Of a stretch of 64,000 nucleotides of DNA, positions 11,307 to 23,200 are shown one piece after another (positions within the stretch are counted from its first letter, which is position 1; each line of letters starts with the position of its first letter). The DNA comes from Epithemia pelagica (taxonomy: Eukaryota > Protista > Bacillariophyta): assembly GCA_946965045.2 (NCBI GenBank), contig OX337228.1, positions 1,922,001 to 1,986,000 on the forward strand. The letters run 5' to 3'. The notes beneath the pieces are model-generated. The model worked only from the letters and a program-made list of their open reading frames with translations. It ran no database searches and was not told the origin of the DNA. The translations under genes were made by a program, and so were the position numbers.

Positions 11307-13263
11307 TTACCATCCTTGGTTTAACTTGCGGCATCTTTCAAACATCTCTCTTCCTTGACATTTAGTGAAGTAGTCTGCTCGTTGATCTTCTGTAGCTACC
11401 ATACTTACTTTGGTTCCTCCCGGGTGATCTCCTACATGCTCCCAGAAGAAATGAAGGTAGGTGTTGAAATGTTTGGTTCTAGGTGTCAACCTTTGTTTGG
11501 TAGCGAGGTAGAACGCCCCAGTATTGTCCTCAAACACTTCAGAGTGGATGGTAGGTTTGTCGAACGGAAGGTCTAGATGTGCTAAGATTTCTTCAATTAC
11601 TCGTCGGGTAGCTATCACACTGCGCATGGCTTGGGACAAGGCATGGTACTCAGCTTGGAGTGTGCTAAGTGCTACTGACGACTGAAGCTGAGATTTCCAT
11701 ATAAGTGGACAACCACAGAAACTTAGAATATAGCCCGTTCTGGATTTCGCACTGACTGGATTATCTTGTGGCTCTCGCCCATGCAATCCGGCGAAATCTG
11801 CATCTACATAACAATCCAACTTGAAGTCTTTTGTTGGCGTGAATATAGTACCTTGGTCCTTGGTTCTTGCTAAGTACCGAACTATGGTTTTCACGGCTGC
11901 TGCGTGTGACTTCTTGGGTGCAGTGCTGAACCTGGCCACCTGGCTTACAGCGAATGCGATATCTGGTCGGGTGTTTGTTGCTAAATAGAGTAGCATTCCT
12001 ACTACCGACCTATATTGCCACTTTTCTTTCATAGGTTCACCGTCTGGATCACTTCCTAGTGCCAGTTGAGTGGCAGGTGTCCAGTTTGGATTGCAATCAT
12101 GCATTCCGGTGGTCTCTATGATCTTGCTTATGAGCCCCTTTTGTGTCATTGAAATTGACTTGGTTTCATCATTCCGAATGAAATTTATGCCCAGATAGTC
12201 AGTAAAGTTTCCTTCTTTCTTGAGAGATAGACCCTATTTCTCTAGGCGTAGAATTAGATCATCGATAAGCTTCATATGCGGAGCGCACACTCCGCAGTCA
12301 TCCACCCATAGAAAGATAATGATATTGTCTTTGTACAATAGGCATTGATCGTGAGTGCTTATGGTGAATCCGTCTTCTTTTAGGGCCTTTACTAGGTGGT
12401 CGTACCACAATCTGGGTGCTGAAGAGAGTCCATATAGACTCTTGACGAGCTTGAGGCACGTTCGTCCAGGGCGACTAGACCTAAATCCTCTAGGTAGGTG
12501 TATCCAAACTGGTGTGGTTAGCTTGGCTTGGACGAATGCATTGTTGAAATCGAGGCATGCTAGTTCCCAGTTCAGGACTATGCTCAGGGTTAGGACGATC
12601 CTAATCGTGCTCCAATTTACCACTGGCGAGTAGTTCTCCTCCTCAGTCTCTTGGAGGTCACCTCGTACACAATATCGTGCCTTAAATTTCACGATTTCTC
12701 CGTCAGGTGAGCGTTTTCGCTTGAAGACCCATGTTCCTGGTAAAATTTGGGACGATGCGTCTGATTGGTCTACCTCCTCCCAGGTCCCTTTTTCCTCTAG
12801 TTCTGTGATTTCATTGCTAGCGGCTTGTTGCCATCGATGCATGTCTACATCCTTCATGGCTTCATCATACCCGAGCGTATCGGGATCGGAGATGGATGCC
12901 TTCATTGTAGAAAGGAGATCGTACGGTTGGCTAGGTGGTGGAAAGGCAGCTAGATTGATATCTTGTACATAGCGCTTCGGAGAGCGGATAATTCGTCCCG
13001 AGCGTCGACTAACAGTAGGCTGAGCAGTCGGTTCTTCTTTTGGAGGGATAGGAGAGCTAGGGAGCTCCCTCTGAGGAGATGTTCCAAAAGAGGGGCGCGA
13101 GCGAGGGGTAGCCGAAATTTGGCGCTCTGTGGCTGGTGTGAGAGGAACCGGGGTGACGATTTCTTCCCTCTGAGGAAGGGGTGCTGATGGAGTATTAGGG
13201 GTTGCTACTCCCTCTGGAATCGGTGCCAATTCCTCCCTCTGCTCAGAGCGTGTAGAATTGAGA
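11307..13263 (-). pseudogene. Second, 5'-truncated family-2 RT-RNase H copy with the same in-frame TAG (12234-12236)
   Basis: Reads LRLEK*GLSLKKEGNFTDYLGINF in frame into ORF 11307-12149 (YVDADFAG, AEY, EDN, RADYFTK). Homology to copy 1 stops at ~13263. Confidence 0.9.
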
Positions 13264-13625
13264 AATATGAGCCTGGGGGAAGTTCCACTCCTCCAGGTTC
13301 TGTGTATCAAACTTAGTGACTTTCAAAAAGTACTGATGCACGTCAATCCCATGCGAGTATTAGAAGTCGAATGAGGGCCACATCAAAAGCGCACAGGGAA
13401 TGATTGTTATGGTTATAGACTGTAGACTTCGTAGGAATATTTGTACTTTACATACATAGATAGGGGCTACCCCCAACCAAAGACTCTGTTCGTACTCGTG
13501 GTTCACGATTCTTCCGACACGGACAAAACCTGGGACGTAACTTCTTATCGTCACAAAAAATCGTGTCTCTCGACGCTCTGAAATACTCTTCATACCAACA
13601 CGTTCACGGATTCGATTGCACCATC

Positions 13626-14179
13626 ATGGCGATTCGATCCAGTATATTAAAAAAAGGCACCTCATTGTCGACAACGAATCAATCCATGATTCCTCGGAAA
13701 CAGGTTGGATGGGGAAGCTTGGTCATTTACGAATTTCCCAATGTACTGGGAGACAACCCCGGAGTTACCTCGGGCCCACCCGTCATGATTGATTGGGAAC
13801 ACAAAAAGATTAATGTTGTTGGGATTGAAACTCATGAACTCTTTCGTCGGAAAAATCCCCGACGTGATCGAAGAGAATTGGCCGTTCCGGGTGGAGAACG
13901 AAGTACTTTGTAAGTTGCCCCATGACGATGGCTCCCAGATTCGAAAGGCGATTGTGTAATTTCTAATCTCATGATTCGTCTTGTCGTTACTTGTGTTCGT
14001 ACAGTTTGCTGGGCTTGGGTTACAGTCTGGATCAAGTTCTGAATGCTACCGAAGAGGCATACAATATCCGAAAAAGTCGAAGAAACAACATGAAAGGTCG
14101 ACTGGACACATTCAAGAATGTGCTGGGTAAATTTCAACAATTGCCAAGACAAATCATGGCCTCTGCCAAGGCTGGCTAA
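13626..14179 (+). CDS. Small hypothetical protein of a diatom-type family (IYEF...LGDNPGVTSGPPVMIDW motif); exons 13626-13909 and 14005-14179
   Basis: GTAAGT donor at 13910, CTAAT branch site near 13963, ACAG acceptor at 14004; splicing restores ERSTFLLGLGYSLDQV in frame. Confidence 0.7.
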
Positions 14180-14497
14180 GAAATCCAAGCACAATTGCGC
14201 TTGTTCGCTTTGGGTCACTGGAGCAGGGAGGCCTGTTCCAGTTCTATGCTATGTCTTCTCTCCGTCAATATCACCCTCACTCTCCTAAAGGAACACTGTC
14301 CATGGGTAGAATTAGATTGAATGCGGAAGGGATACACTTCTAAAATTAGTCATGTATTTTTCCTATCAATGAACTTTATTTCCAATTCCAATCAATGAAC
14401 TACTCCTATGCTACTAGTGAACAAGTGTTTGTAATTTCTAACCCGTTAGTTCCCCCCATCTCTGCAGCGACTAATCCAGATAATAATCAGCGACTAC

Positions 14498-15532
14498 ATG
14501 CGCGCGCACCCAACTCCCACCACAGTGTCTTGGACCGTCACCACCATGACGATGACGGCACATGACGAATTCCAGTCTCTGATGGAGAAGTCCAGAGCAT
14601 TCTTTACCGAATGCCTGGAAAATCCCATTGCGCCAACCTCCGTGGTCGATGATACGGTCGCAACCTTTGCTACCGAATACGCAGTTGCCGCCCTTTGTCT
14701 TTTCTTTGGCCTGTCCCTCCTTTGTTGCCGCGGTTGCTGCTGCTGTTGTTGTGGTGGAGCCTCAACGGCGAATGTTTCACGAGAGGATGATGATGATGAT
14801 GTGGAGGCGAATGAGACCACTCCCTTGACGGCCACACGCACGAGGTCACCACCCATGATCCAATTGACCAAACGGACTCCGTACCAACAGATTCTTCCCC
14901 TCTTTTTCGTTTGCTTTGGACTCTTTTTTGGTGTCGGTGGTTGGAAACACCAACGATCCACGTTTTATGGTAATGATGATGAAGAAGAACAAGCACTCGT
15001 GAATAATACCGTCTTGTTGCAAATCATGCTGGGATTGTTGGGTCTGTCCACGTCCTTGCTATTCGGATTGGGTGCCATGGAGTATAGTTTTTATGTTTGT
15101 TCGTTTCGAGTCATTGCGGCTCCCTTTACCTATCTTTGGATTCTCTTGATTCTGGGGTCCATGGTGGCACCCATTTGGTGGGTGGAAGAACCCTTTTACT
15201 TTGCCGGTTATTTCGTCCTGGTATCGATCTTGTACCTGTTGGTGTCGACGGCTCAGTTCGGACGACGACGACCGGTCGTTATGTTGCTTTTTCAAGTCGT
15301 GGCACTGATTTTGAATTGTGTCGCGGTCGTGACCACATTAGTTTTGGTCCAAGTCTGTGCCACCGACATGGGAGTCGTCGACGACAAGGCCGAGTGTTCG
15401 ACGCTGGTGCCCTGTCCGCTCCCCATTGGGGTGTGGAATCCCGAAGCCGTCTTTCACAGTCTCATGTTTGTTGCCATGTTGTTCTTTGGGAGTGCCAAGC
15501 TACTCCAAAGCAGGTTGGAAGACACAGGTTGA
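14498..15532 (+). CDS. Hypothetical multi-pass membrane protein (about 7 hydrophobic segments)
   Basis: 344-aa ATG-started ORF with repeated long hydrophobic helices; no family recognised. Confidence 0.75.
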   Translation: MRAHPTPTTVSWTVTTMTMTAHDEFQSLMEKSRAFFTECLENPIAPTSVVDDTVATFATEYAVAALCLFFGLSLLCCRGCCCCCCGGASTANVSREDDDDDVEANETTPLTATRTRSPPMIQLTKRTPYQQILPLFFVCFGLFFGVGGWKHQRSTFYGNDDEEEQALVNNTVLLQIMLGLLGLSTSLLFGLGAMEYSFYVCSFRVIAAPFTYLWILLILGSMVAPIWWVEEPFYFAGYFVLVSILYLLVSTAQFGRRRPVVMLLFQVVALILNCVAVVTTLVLVQVCATDMGVVDDKAECSTLVPCPLPIGVWNPEAVFHSLMFVAMLFFGSAKLLQSRLEDTG

Positions 15533-15844
15533 CCCAAATCATAATAATATTCGGCGCTACCGACCTACCGACCTATCTACCTAGAATGTCTCAAGCAATG
15601 GGAAACGGGAAGAATGAGCTCACTAGTAGCTACATAGCTACCTATAGTTCATTCCATGAGATTTGTATTCGTCGTGCCTAATAGTTCAGAAACACGACCA
15701 CGACCAAAAAGTATCTTTGCGCTTTTGTGGTGGATAATTTCGTAATATCTTGTGATTTTCTGGTCGCAGACAGAACCCTTTCTCGCCATGGCCCACATTC
15801 GAGAGAGGTTATAGAGAGGAAGAGGAGCTTTGGGATATCCGAGA

Positions 15845-17011
15845 ATGTTGGTACTACGGGGAACGAAACGGCGTGTCCAGGCTTTGGCCAATATCCTATT
15901 GCTAGCTTCAGTTTCCAGTTGGATGGTTGCGAGAAGAAGGACTGGATCATTCCTCTTGGTTGGAGTGCACTCTCTCTCTTCTTCTTCCCCCACACCCACA
16001 TGGGTGGCTGGTGGCAAACCGTCGGCTCAAATTTTGTACGAGTTGTTGCAACGCGAACTGAATGGAACCCGAACCAGTAATGTACCAATCTTGTTGCCCT
16101 GTTGTTACGATGGTTTAACGGCACGGTTGGTGGCCCGAGCCGGCTTTGAAGCCACCTTCATGACCGGCTTTGGTGTGTCGGCCGTCAATGGATTTCCCGA
16201 TACGCAACTCGTCTCCTTTGCCGAAATGCAACAAGCCTGTCTTCGTGTCACGGAGGGCTTGTACAGTGCTGCCATGGAACAACAGCAGCAGCAGCAACAA
16301 CCATTCATGGACAGCGCCTCCTCCTCCTCCACCATTGGGACGCCCATTCCCTGCATTGGCGATGGCGATACGGGCTATGGCAATGCCATGAATGCCAAGC
16401 GTACCGTCTTTGGCTATGCCCAAGCGGGTATGGGCGGAATCATGGTGGAAGATCAAGTTGCGCCCAAACGATGCGGTCATGTGGCGGGCAAATCCGTTGT
16501 GCCCCTCCACGAGGCGGTGCAACGCATTCGCGCCGCTGCCCACGCACGAGACGAATACAATGCCCACTTTGCGGTTGGTGGCGCCAATCGGGCGGCCCCC
16601 TTGATTTTGGCCCGCACCGATGCCTTGGCCAGTCATGGATTTGACGCGGCCGTGGACCGGTGTTTGGCCTTTCTCGAGGCGGGTGCCGACATGACCTTTT
16701 TGGAAGCACCGGAAACAGTGGATCAAATGCAAGAGTATTGTCGTCGTGTTCCGGGACCGAAATTGGCCAACATGTTGGAACAGGGTACCACACCCGTCTT
16801 GACGCCGGTGGAATTGAAACAAGTGGGATATACCATGGCCGCCTATCCCTTGACGTTGCTGTCCGCCTCGATTCGGGCCATGGAAACCAGTCTGCAACGC
16901 ATTGCCCGCGGGGAATCGACGGACGATTTGCGAGCCTCCTTTGCCCATACCAAGGATGCCGTGGGATTTACCCGATATGCGCAGGAGGAAGCCAAGTACA
17001 AGGTGGAGTAA
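15845..17011 (+). CDS. Isocitrate lyase/PEP-mutase superfamily enzyme (methylisocitrate/2,3-dimethylmalate lyase or CPEP-mutase-like)
   Basis: CYDGLTAR, DGDTGYGNAMN, MVEDQ..PKRCGH, ARTDA, FLEAP and LANMLEQG motifs; N-terminal signal/transit-like extension. Confidence 0.9.
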   Translation: MLVLRGTKRRVQALANILLLASVSSWMVARRRTGSFLLVGVHSLSSSSPTPTWVAGGKPSAQILYELLQRELNGTRTSNVPILLPCCYDGLTARLVARAGFEATFMTGFGVSAVNGFPDTQLVSFAEMQQACLRVTEGLYSAAMEQQQQQQQPFMDSASSSSTIGTPIPCIGDGDTGYGNAMNAKRTVFGYAQAGMGGIMVEDQVAPKRCGHVAGKSVVPLHEAVQRIRAAAHARDEYNAHFAVGGANRAAPLILARTDALASHGFDAAVDRCLAFLEAGADMTFLEAPETVDQMQEYCRRVPGPKLANMLEQGTTPVLTPVELKQVGYTMAAYPLTLLSASIRAMETSLQRIARGESTDDLRASFAHTKDAVGFTRYAQEEAKYKVE

Positions 17012-17995
17012 GACCAAACCAAACGGTAGTATACCTTTTCGTTTTGTTCTTCGGATACTACAATTTATACTATGGTCATGTGTGCGTGTGATTCAATGTC
17101 GTGTCGTTTGGTTGGATTTCTCTTGGCATGTATGGTAGTCCTTTCTGTAGTTGTCGTGGAGGATCGTCTCTACTAGAAAAAAACACACACACACACGTGA
17201 GTACCAGGACAATCCTGCACTGGTTCGTGCGATGTGTGTGTGTGTCCTTGTGTTTTCGGTGATGGTGGTGGTGAGCGCACAGGGTTTCTCCAGGACGCAG
17301 AACCACCAATTCCTTTCGTGTGGCGTGGTTTTGGTTTTGGTGGAGCTCGGTAGGTAGGAATTTCGGTTGTTGCGACTCGGACTCGCCACAACAGGGAGAC
17401 ACAACAAAGACGACCGACAACGACACAATGATGATCTTGCTGGATGGTATTGCTTGAATTTGGACCTGAAGTGGTTGTTGCCTCGGAGGACACTGAGGCG
17501 GCTAGAGAGAATCCAATTCTTCGTTGTTGTTGTCTCTAGTAGACACTCCCCCATTGTCTCGCTCGCACCTCGCAAAAGGCGTGTTGGATCGAGTTTGTGA
17601 GAGCCCTTTCGTCGCATGGCGTGCACGCGCCCGTCGGCAGCGAATCTGGGTTCCCCAACCGAATCTCAATAGGTACGAGCACTGATAGTTTGATTGTTGT
17701 CTACACAAAAGACGAATGGGGGTCATTCTAAAGTCTTTTTCGGGAAGAGGGGGTCTCTCATCTTTTGCTGGTGTGCCTGTGGTGACTGTGGTGAACCCTT
17801 TTATCATCCTCATCAACAGAGAAAGAGGCTTTTTGTTTGCGATAGTTCCATTTCCCAACGTGTTCACATATAGAATAGAAAAAGACAAGTTCCCTGTCGC
17901 AAGAAGACACGATCGTGCACATCCAAACGAACCAGAAAACGACGAGAAAAAGGCACTTTCCAAGATTCTCAGTACAACTTGCGCGCAATTCCAGA

Positions 17996-20195
17996 ATGAC
18001 AACCATGGAGGAGTGGTATTCCATGGCGGTACAAATTGGGTCGGGAATTTCCGAGGAACAACAACAACAACACTCCCAGCAGGATCGTACGTCTACCATG
18101 ACACTAGCACGCATGGTCTCCCTCCACTCCACCACCAGCCAAGCACAACGACAGCAGCAAAAGAACCCGCAGCAGCACGCTGCCCCCAAACTGTCGACCT
18201 TGGACGTGACCACGCTTCCAAGGTCCACGCTTCGTATGGGTGACAGCAGCAAGGGTCCATCCTCTTCCTTTTTTGGCACAGGGTTGGATCCCTTGTACGA
18301 ATCCTTGTGCATTGTAGGGTCCATTCCGACACGTTCCGAATCGTCGTCGTCGTCCTTGTTGTCGTCTCGTCCTCTACCAGCCGCAACACGAAGAACGGAC
18401 GGTACCTCTGCTCTCACCACCAGGGACCACCGCCAAGAGAAGCCTCCTTCTCGTCCTTCTCAGCCCAGCACACCCCCCACCACCAACATCCACACACGAC
18501 AACGACCACAACAGGATTCCAACACCAACCACAACAACCACAAGGACGCTCGACCCGTCCTTGTAGCAGCTGCCACCACCACCACCACACCGGTTCCAAC
18601 GGGTCGATTTGCCATCTTGGAGGATACGAGGACCATCCATCATCCTCCTCCTGCTACGAGTACAACGACGACGACAACAAGTCTCTGTGATCCTCCAAGT
18701 CGTCGTCGTCGGGAGGTCCATCCATCCAATTCCCACTGGACGGGGATGGGTCCTTCTCTCACCACCCAGAAAAAAACCAAACCGATACCCCGATTTCCAT
18801 CCACCATTCCACCCCCAAAGTCATCCTCATTCTCCAATACCCAATCACCACCACAACAACAAGGAGGAGGAGTACCATGGGAGGACTGGGTCGAATCGGG
18901 TGTTACACGGACCACTCTCTGGGCCGCTCAGAACCAAGTCTGGACCCATACCGTCCGGATTGCCGAGGACCAGCCGCAGAATGACACTGACACGGACACG
19001 ACAAACCCGAAAAATGGCAAGAATAATGACAAGAACAAGAACGAGAACAAGACTGTACCACGTGGCTCCAGGACCAAGAATGAGTCCCCCGTCCACCCGA
19101 CAACCGGCCCCCACAAGGAACCAAGCCCACCAACGACCAACCAAGGCTCGAAACCAGTGTCACCAAAACGCAAGAATCATAAGAAAAAAAGAGCGAAACC
19201 CTCCAACCACGACGATGCAACCCGCCAGGAGTCTCTCCCCCAAAGACACCAAACTGGACCAGCAAGCCATTCGTCACCGCACACGACGAAGCAAGAGACC
19301 ACGGCGACGAGGACGACTCCCACGAAAGAAGTCGTTGGTGGTGGAGGAACAACCACAGCCACTGTCGTGGCCATGACGCACACCATTGCCACACCTCGAT
19401 TTACCTTGTTTCATGCGCCCGGGGAACCCCTACCCATCCCACCCACCACCACGGCTCCTCGTCGTCGTCGTCCTGGGTCCCGTGCCGTGGGCACTCTGGA
19501 TCCATCCACAGTGGCAGTGAGGAGGAATCGTCCACCGCCCTATGATCATCCTGCCTGGGACGACTCGGGTGGCTTGACTGGCTTTACACTCTGGGCTGCC
19601 CAGTATCAAATTTGGAATCAGAAAGCAACAACAACAACAACATCAACAACAGTCGACTCCTCGACATGCCACAACCAGTGCGCTTCAACTCAAACGAATG
19701 CCTCCTCCATGTCGGATCTTCCTTCTGCTGGGAACCGAGTTGGTGGTTGGACACGAGACGTGACAGTCCCAACGACGATTCCAAAACCACCCACTCCGCC
19801 GAACCAGACCCCGAACCAGACCAGAACCACCACACAGAATCCTGCTCCATCCACTCCGGTCCGCCCATCCAGCGGCCCCATGATGGTGCCCAAGGCCAAC
19901 GAGACTACTAGTACCTCCACAAGTTTTACTCGTGCGGTATCGACCAGGCGGTTTGGTGTGTTGCACAGTCCCAAGGAACAAGTGGGCATGGTGTCCCACC
20001 ACCACCACCCACCAACCACACAACCAACCATCTTGTTGGGGGGTCGTCCCTGTGACCCTCGACATGTTGCCGACGCAGTGTCTTCGACCGTCTTTGCCTT
20101 GCAAGAATCCGCGCCTCTCTGGATCACCCACTACCAGCACTGGAAGACTGTGGAACCTGCACAAGAACCGGTACAACGACAACGACCCGTCCTCC

Positions 20196-20230
<35 letters not shown>

Positions 20231-23200
20231 ACACTTCCAACGACATCCAGTACTGCCTCGTCTCGGTGGCAATCTCGACCCCCACCTCGTGATTCCGAAT
20301 CTCCCTTGGTCACGGCAAAGCGGAAACCCTGGCCTCGGTCCAAACCACCATCCAAACCCCTCCAGGACGACGGCGACGACACCCTGGTACAATCCCAAAT
20401 ATCGGAACCACGATGCGCTGCTTCGACCCAAACAGTCTCGACGACACGGTTTGGTGTGTTGCACAATCCATCGTGTCGTAATAGTAGTGTTGTGACAATG
20501 GAAACATCAGAGCCAAGCAGTACGGTACAGGCTGCTCCCCTTGACCAACCAGTCTCCTCCCAAATTGGTTCCGATCCACGAACCGTGTCGTCACTGGCAC
20601 ATCGAACGACCTGGGAAGAGTCGGGTGTTACTCGATTTGCTTTGTGGGCGGCCGAGCATCAACTCTGGAACCACACGGTCGTCGTCGTCTCCTCCTCGGA
20701 ACGAGTTGCCGTTGCCAACAAACAAGAGAAAGAGAAGGTTCCACCCCAAACACCAAACCAAGGGTCCGCACTCCCAGTAAAAGCACCTTCGTCTCGTCCA
20801 AAGCCCGAGGTAGTGGTGAGACCAACACTCCACCAAAAGGCGAGACCCAAAGAATCGCCCCCCACAAAAGAACCAAAACTTCCACCAAACGCTGCTCGTC
20901 ACACGGCCAGGAGAAATCCATCCAACATGCCTCCATCGGCCAAGGTTCTTGCTGCGTTGACCAAAGTTGTGTCCACTCGACGATTTGAATTGTTGCACCA
21001 TCCACGCGAACCTGTACCCGTCACAACACTTGCCACCGCCGCCGAGTCGCATCCTCCAACTGCGTCACGGTCTCGGAGGACGATGGAGGTGGATCCCTGT
21101 ACGGTTGCCGATTCCACCAAGGCTCACATGACGTGTCTCGAGGAACGGGGAAGGACCAACATGTTGCTCTGGGCATTGGACCAGGACATTTATTTATCGA
21201 TACCGACACCCACAGCCAGGAACGAGATGGTGAATTTGCCAGATGCACCGGCAGAATCCAAGGCAACAACAGCGTCTACGCTCAAAACCATCCAGATGAC
21301 CGATCCTGTCCAACGTCCAGCCAGCAACCACGCCCACAACTTGACGGCGACCCCGTCAATATCTCAACCACAAGTGCTTCCACAACCGTCGATGATAGCT
21401 CCTCCCGAACGCCTTGTTGCAGCACCGACAAACCTTCCATCATCACAACCACGACTGGAACCATCCACTACGACCGTCTCGACCGGACGATTTTCCATTT
21501 TGCACAATGCTTCGTACGACACGTCGTCTGTAGCTTTACCGTCCTTCCACAAACAAAGCCATGGTCCTCTCTCTCGAATACGTTCGGACCCCCGGTACGT
21601 GTCCAGTGAACCACCAGTCCAAAATCGAACGGCCTGGGAAGAGTCGGGTGTGACTCGATTTGTCTTGTGGGCAGCGGAGCATCAAATCTGGAACCATACC
21701 GTGGTCCAGACAATTCCGAAAGAGGAGAAAAAGAAAAAGAAAGAGATCATGGAACAACCACCAAAGTCGACCCAACGCTCTATGAAAACTCAGGAGGCAC
21801 CAGCGGCAAAACCCAAATCGGAACCAAAGCTTCAATCACAGAAAGAAACCAGAACTGTAATCAGAACGCCTGCACATGATCTCAAGAAAACAATATCGAA
21901 CACAACACCTCCTCCTTCCAAGGTCCTTCCTTCGACCCGAATTGTGCCCTCCAGACGATTTAGATTGTTGCACAACCCTCACGAGGACGTAGTACCAGTG
22001 ACACTCCCAGAGCAAAAAGATACTACCAGAAATGGGTCACTTGCTCTCGGTGTAGATCCGTGTACCATTTCGGCCTCCGCCAAAGCTCAAATGGCATGCC
22101 TCGATGAACGAGGAACGACTTGCATTTTGCTCTGGGCGAACGACAACAACGTAGATATTTCAATACCGACTCCAGCACGAGATCGAAATGGGGGCTCTCC
22201 ATATGTACCAACGGAATCAAAGTCATTGGCTTCCACCACCCCACCCAACATCTCCACTCCCGTTGCAGAACAATCCCCAGATAATAGCTCCCAGCAAACA
22301 TTGGAAAATACGAAAGCACGACCAGCCCCGCCTACAGTTAGCCCCAATCCCTCATCAAAACCAAAAGTGAAAGAATCAACGAAAACAACCAAACGGGAGA
22401 AACCACACCCGACACCTGCGGCGGTTCGAACCAGTCGCTTCACTGTGTTTCACGATCCATCTAGCGCATTTGGTAGTATTGATGTCGTTGCAAAATCGAG
22501 AGTTTCCGTGTCTCAGAGCTCAACAAAGTTATCGGCGGATCCAAGGAGTGTCTCTGCGTCACACCAACAAAACATGATCCTTTTCGAAGAATCAGGTGCA
22601 ACACGGTTTGGTTTGTGGGCTGCCAGTTCTCAAATGTGCAGTAACACTGATGCCACAGAAACAGTTCAAGACGACGAGCAGAATGATAAACGCCGAAAGA
22701 TAGAACGCGCGCGACCATCGGAGGATCATTCAGTCGACAAACCAATATCCAACCCGTCTAAGGACACGAATGCGACCCAAGTTGTTGAAGGGGAGGCACA
22801 AACTTCAAACAAGGATACAGCAAAGGTGGACAAGAACCAGAACACAAAATTGGATCCGAAACCAGACGGCACCAAAACAATGGAGGACTCCGAATCCGTT
22901 GATAAGACGACGAGCATCGTATTGCCTCCGAACCCGACCCCCTCTTTCGCAAAATCAGGAACTTCAGAAATGCCCTCATTGCTTGTCACAGAATCTCACA
23001 ATTTGTCGGAAGAAAATGGAGATCAGGAGGAAGAAGTTGAAATCGTTTTTACAGAAGGGGTGGATGATACCGAATGTGATTTGGCCAGTGTTGGAGACCT
23101 GCTTGGTAGCACTGCAACGGTGCTGGCTACACCTATTTCACCGTCGCGCCCGAGTGCACGCATGACATACCGAGATAGCTTGGCTTCAACGATCCCAGTG

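Larger units (their letters stand above)
2702..13263 (-). mobile_element. Ty1/copia family 2: 5'-truncated pol fragment + single LTR + internal region of a second copy (partial tandem)
   Basis: 2702-3773 is duplicated at ~12194-13263 with about 3 differences. One LTR (10551-11254) has a PPT on one side and a PBS on the other. Domain order is gag-PR-IN-RT. Confidence 0.9.

Noticed and set aside
13264-13305. Small hairpin (GAGCCTGG...CCAGGTTC) at the truncation point of the family-2 fragment
   Set aside because: Imperfect 8-bp stem with no Helitron CTRR end or TIR partner; compatible with chance.
16115-17017. Long antisense ORFs (also 9429-10298, 46697-47749, 49175-50068)
   Set aside because: Shadows of real genes on the opposite strand, caused by codon bias.
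17076-17900. Several 100-220 aa ORFs between the ICL-family gene and the giant ORF
   Set aside because: Overlapping, low-complexity and without motifs; no gene can be supported.
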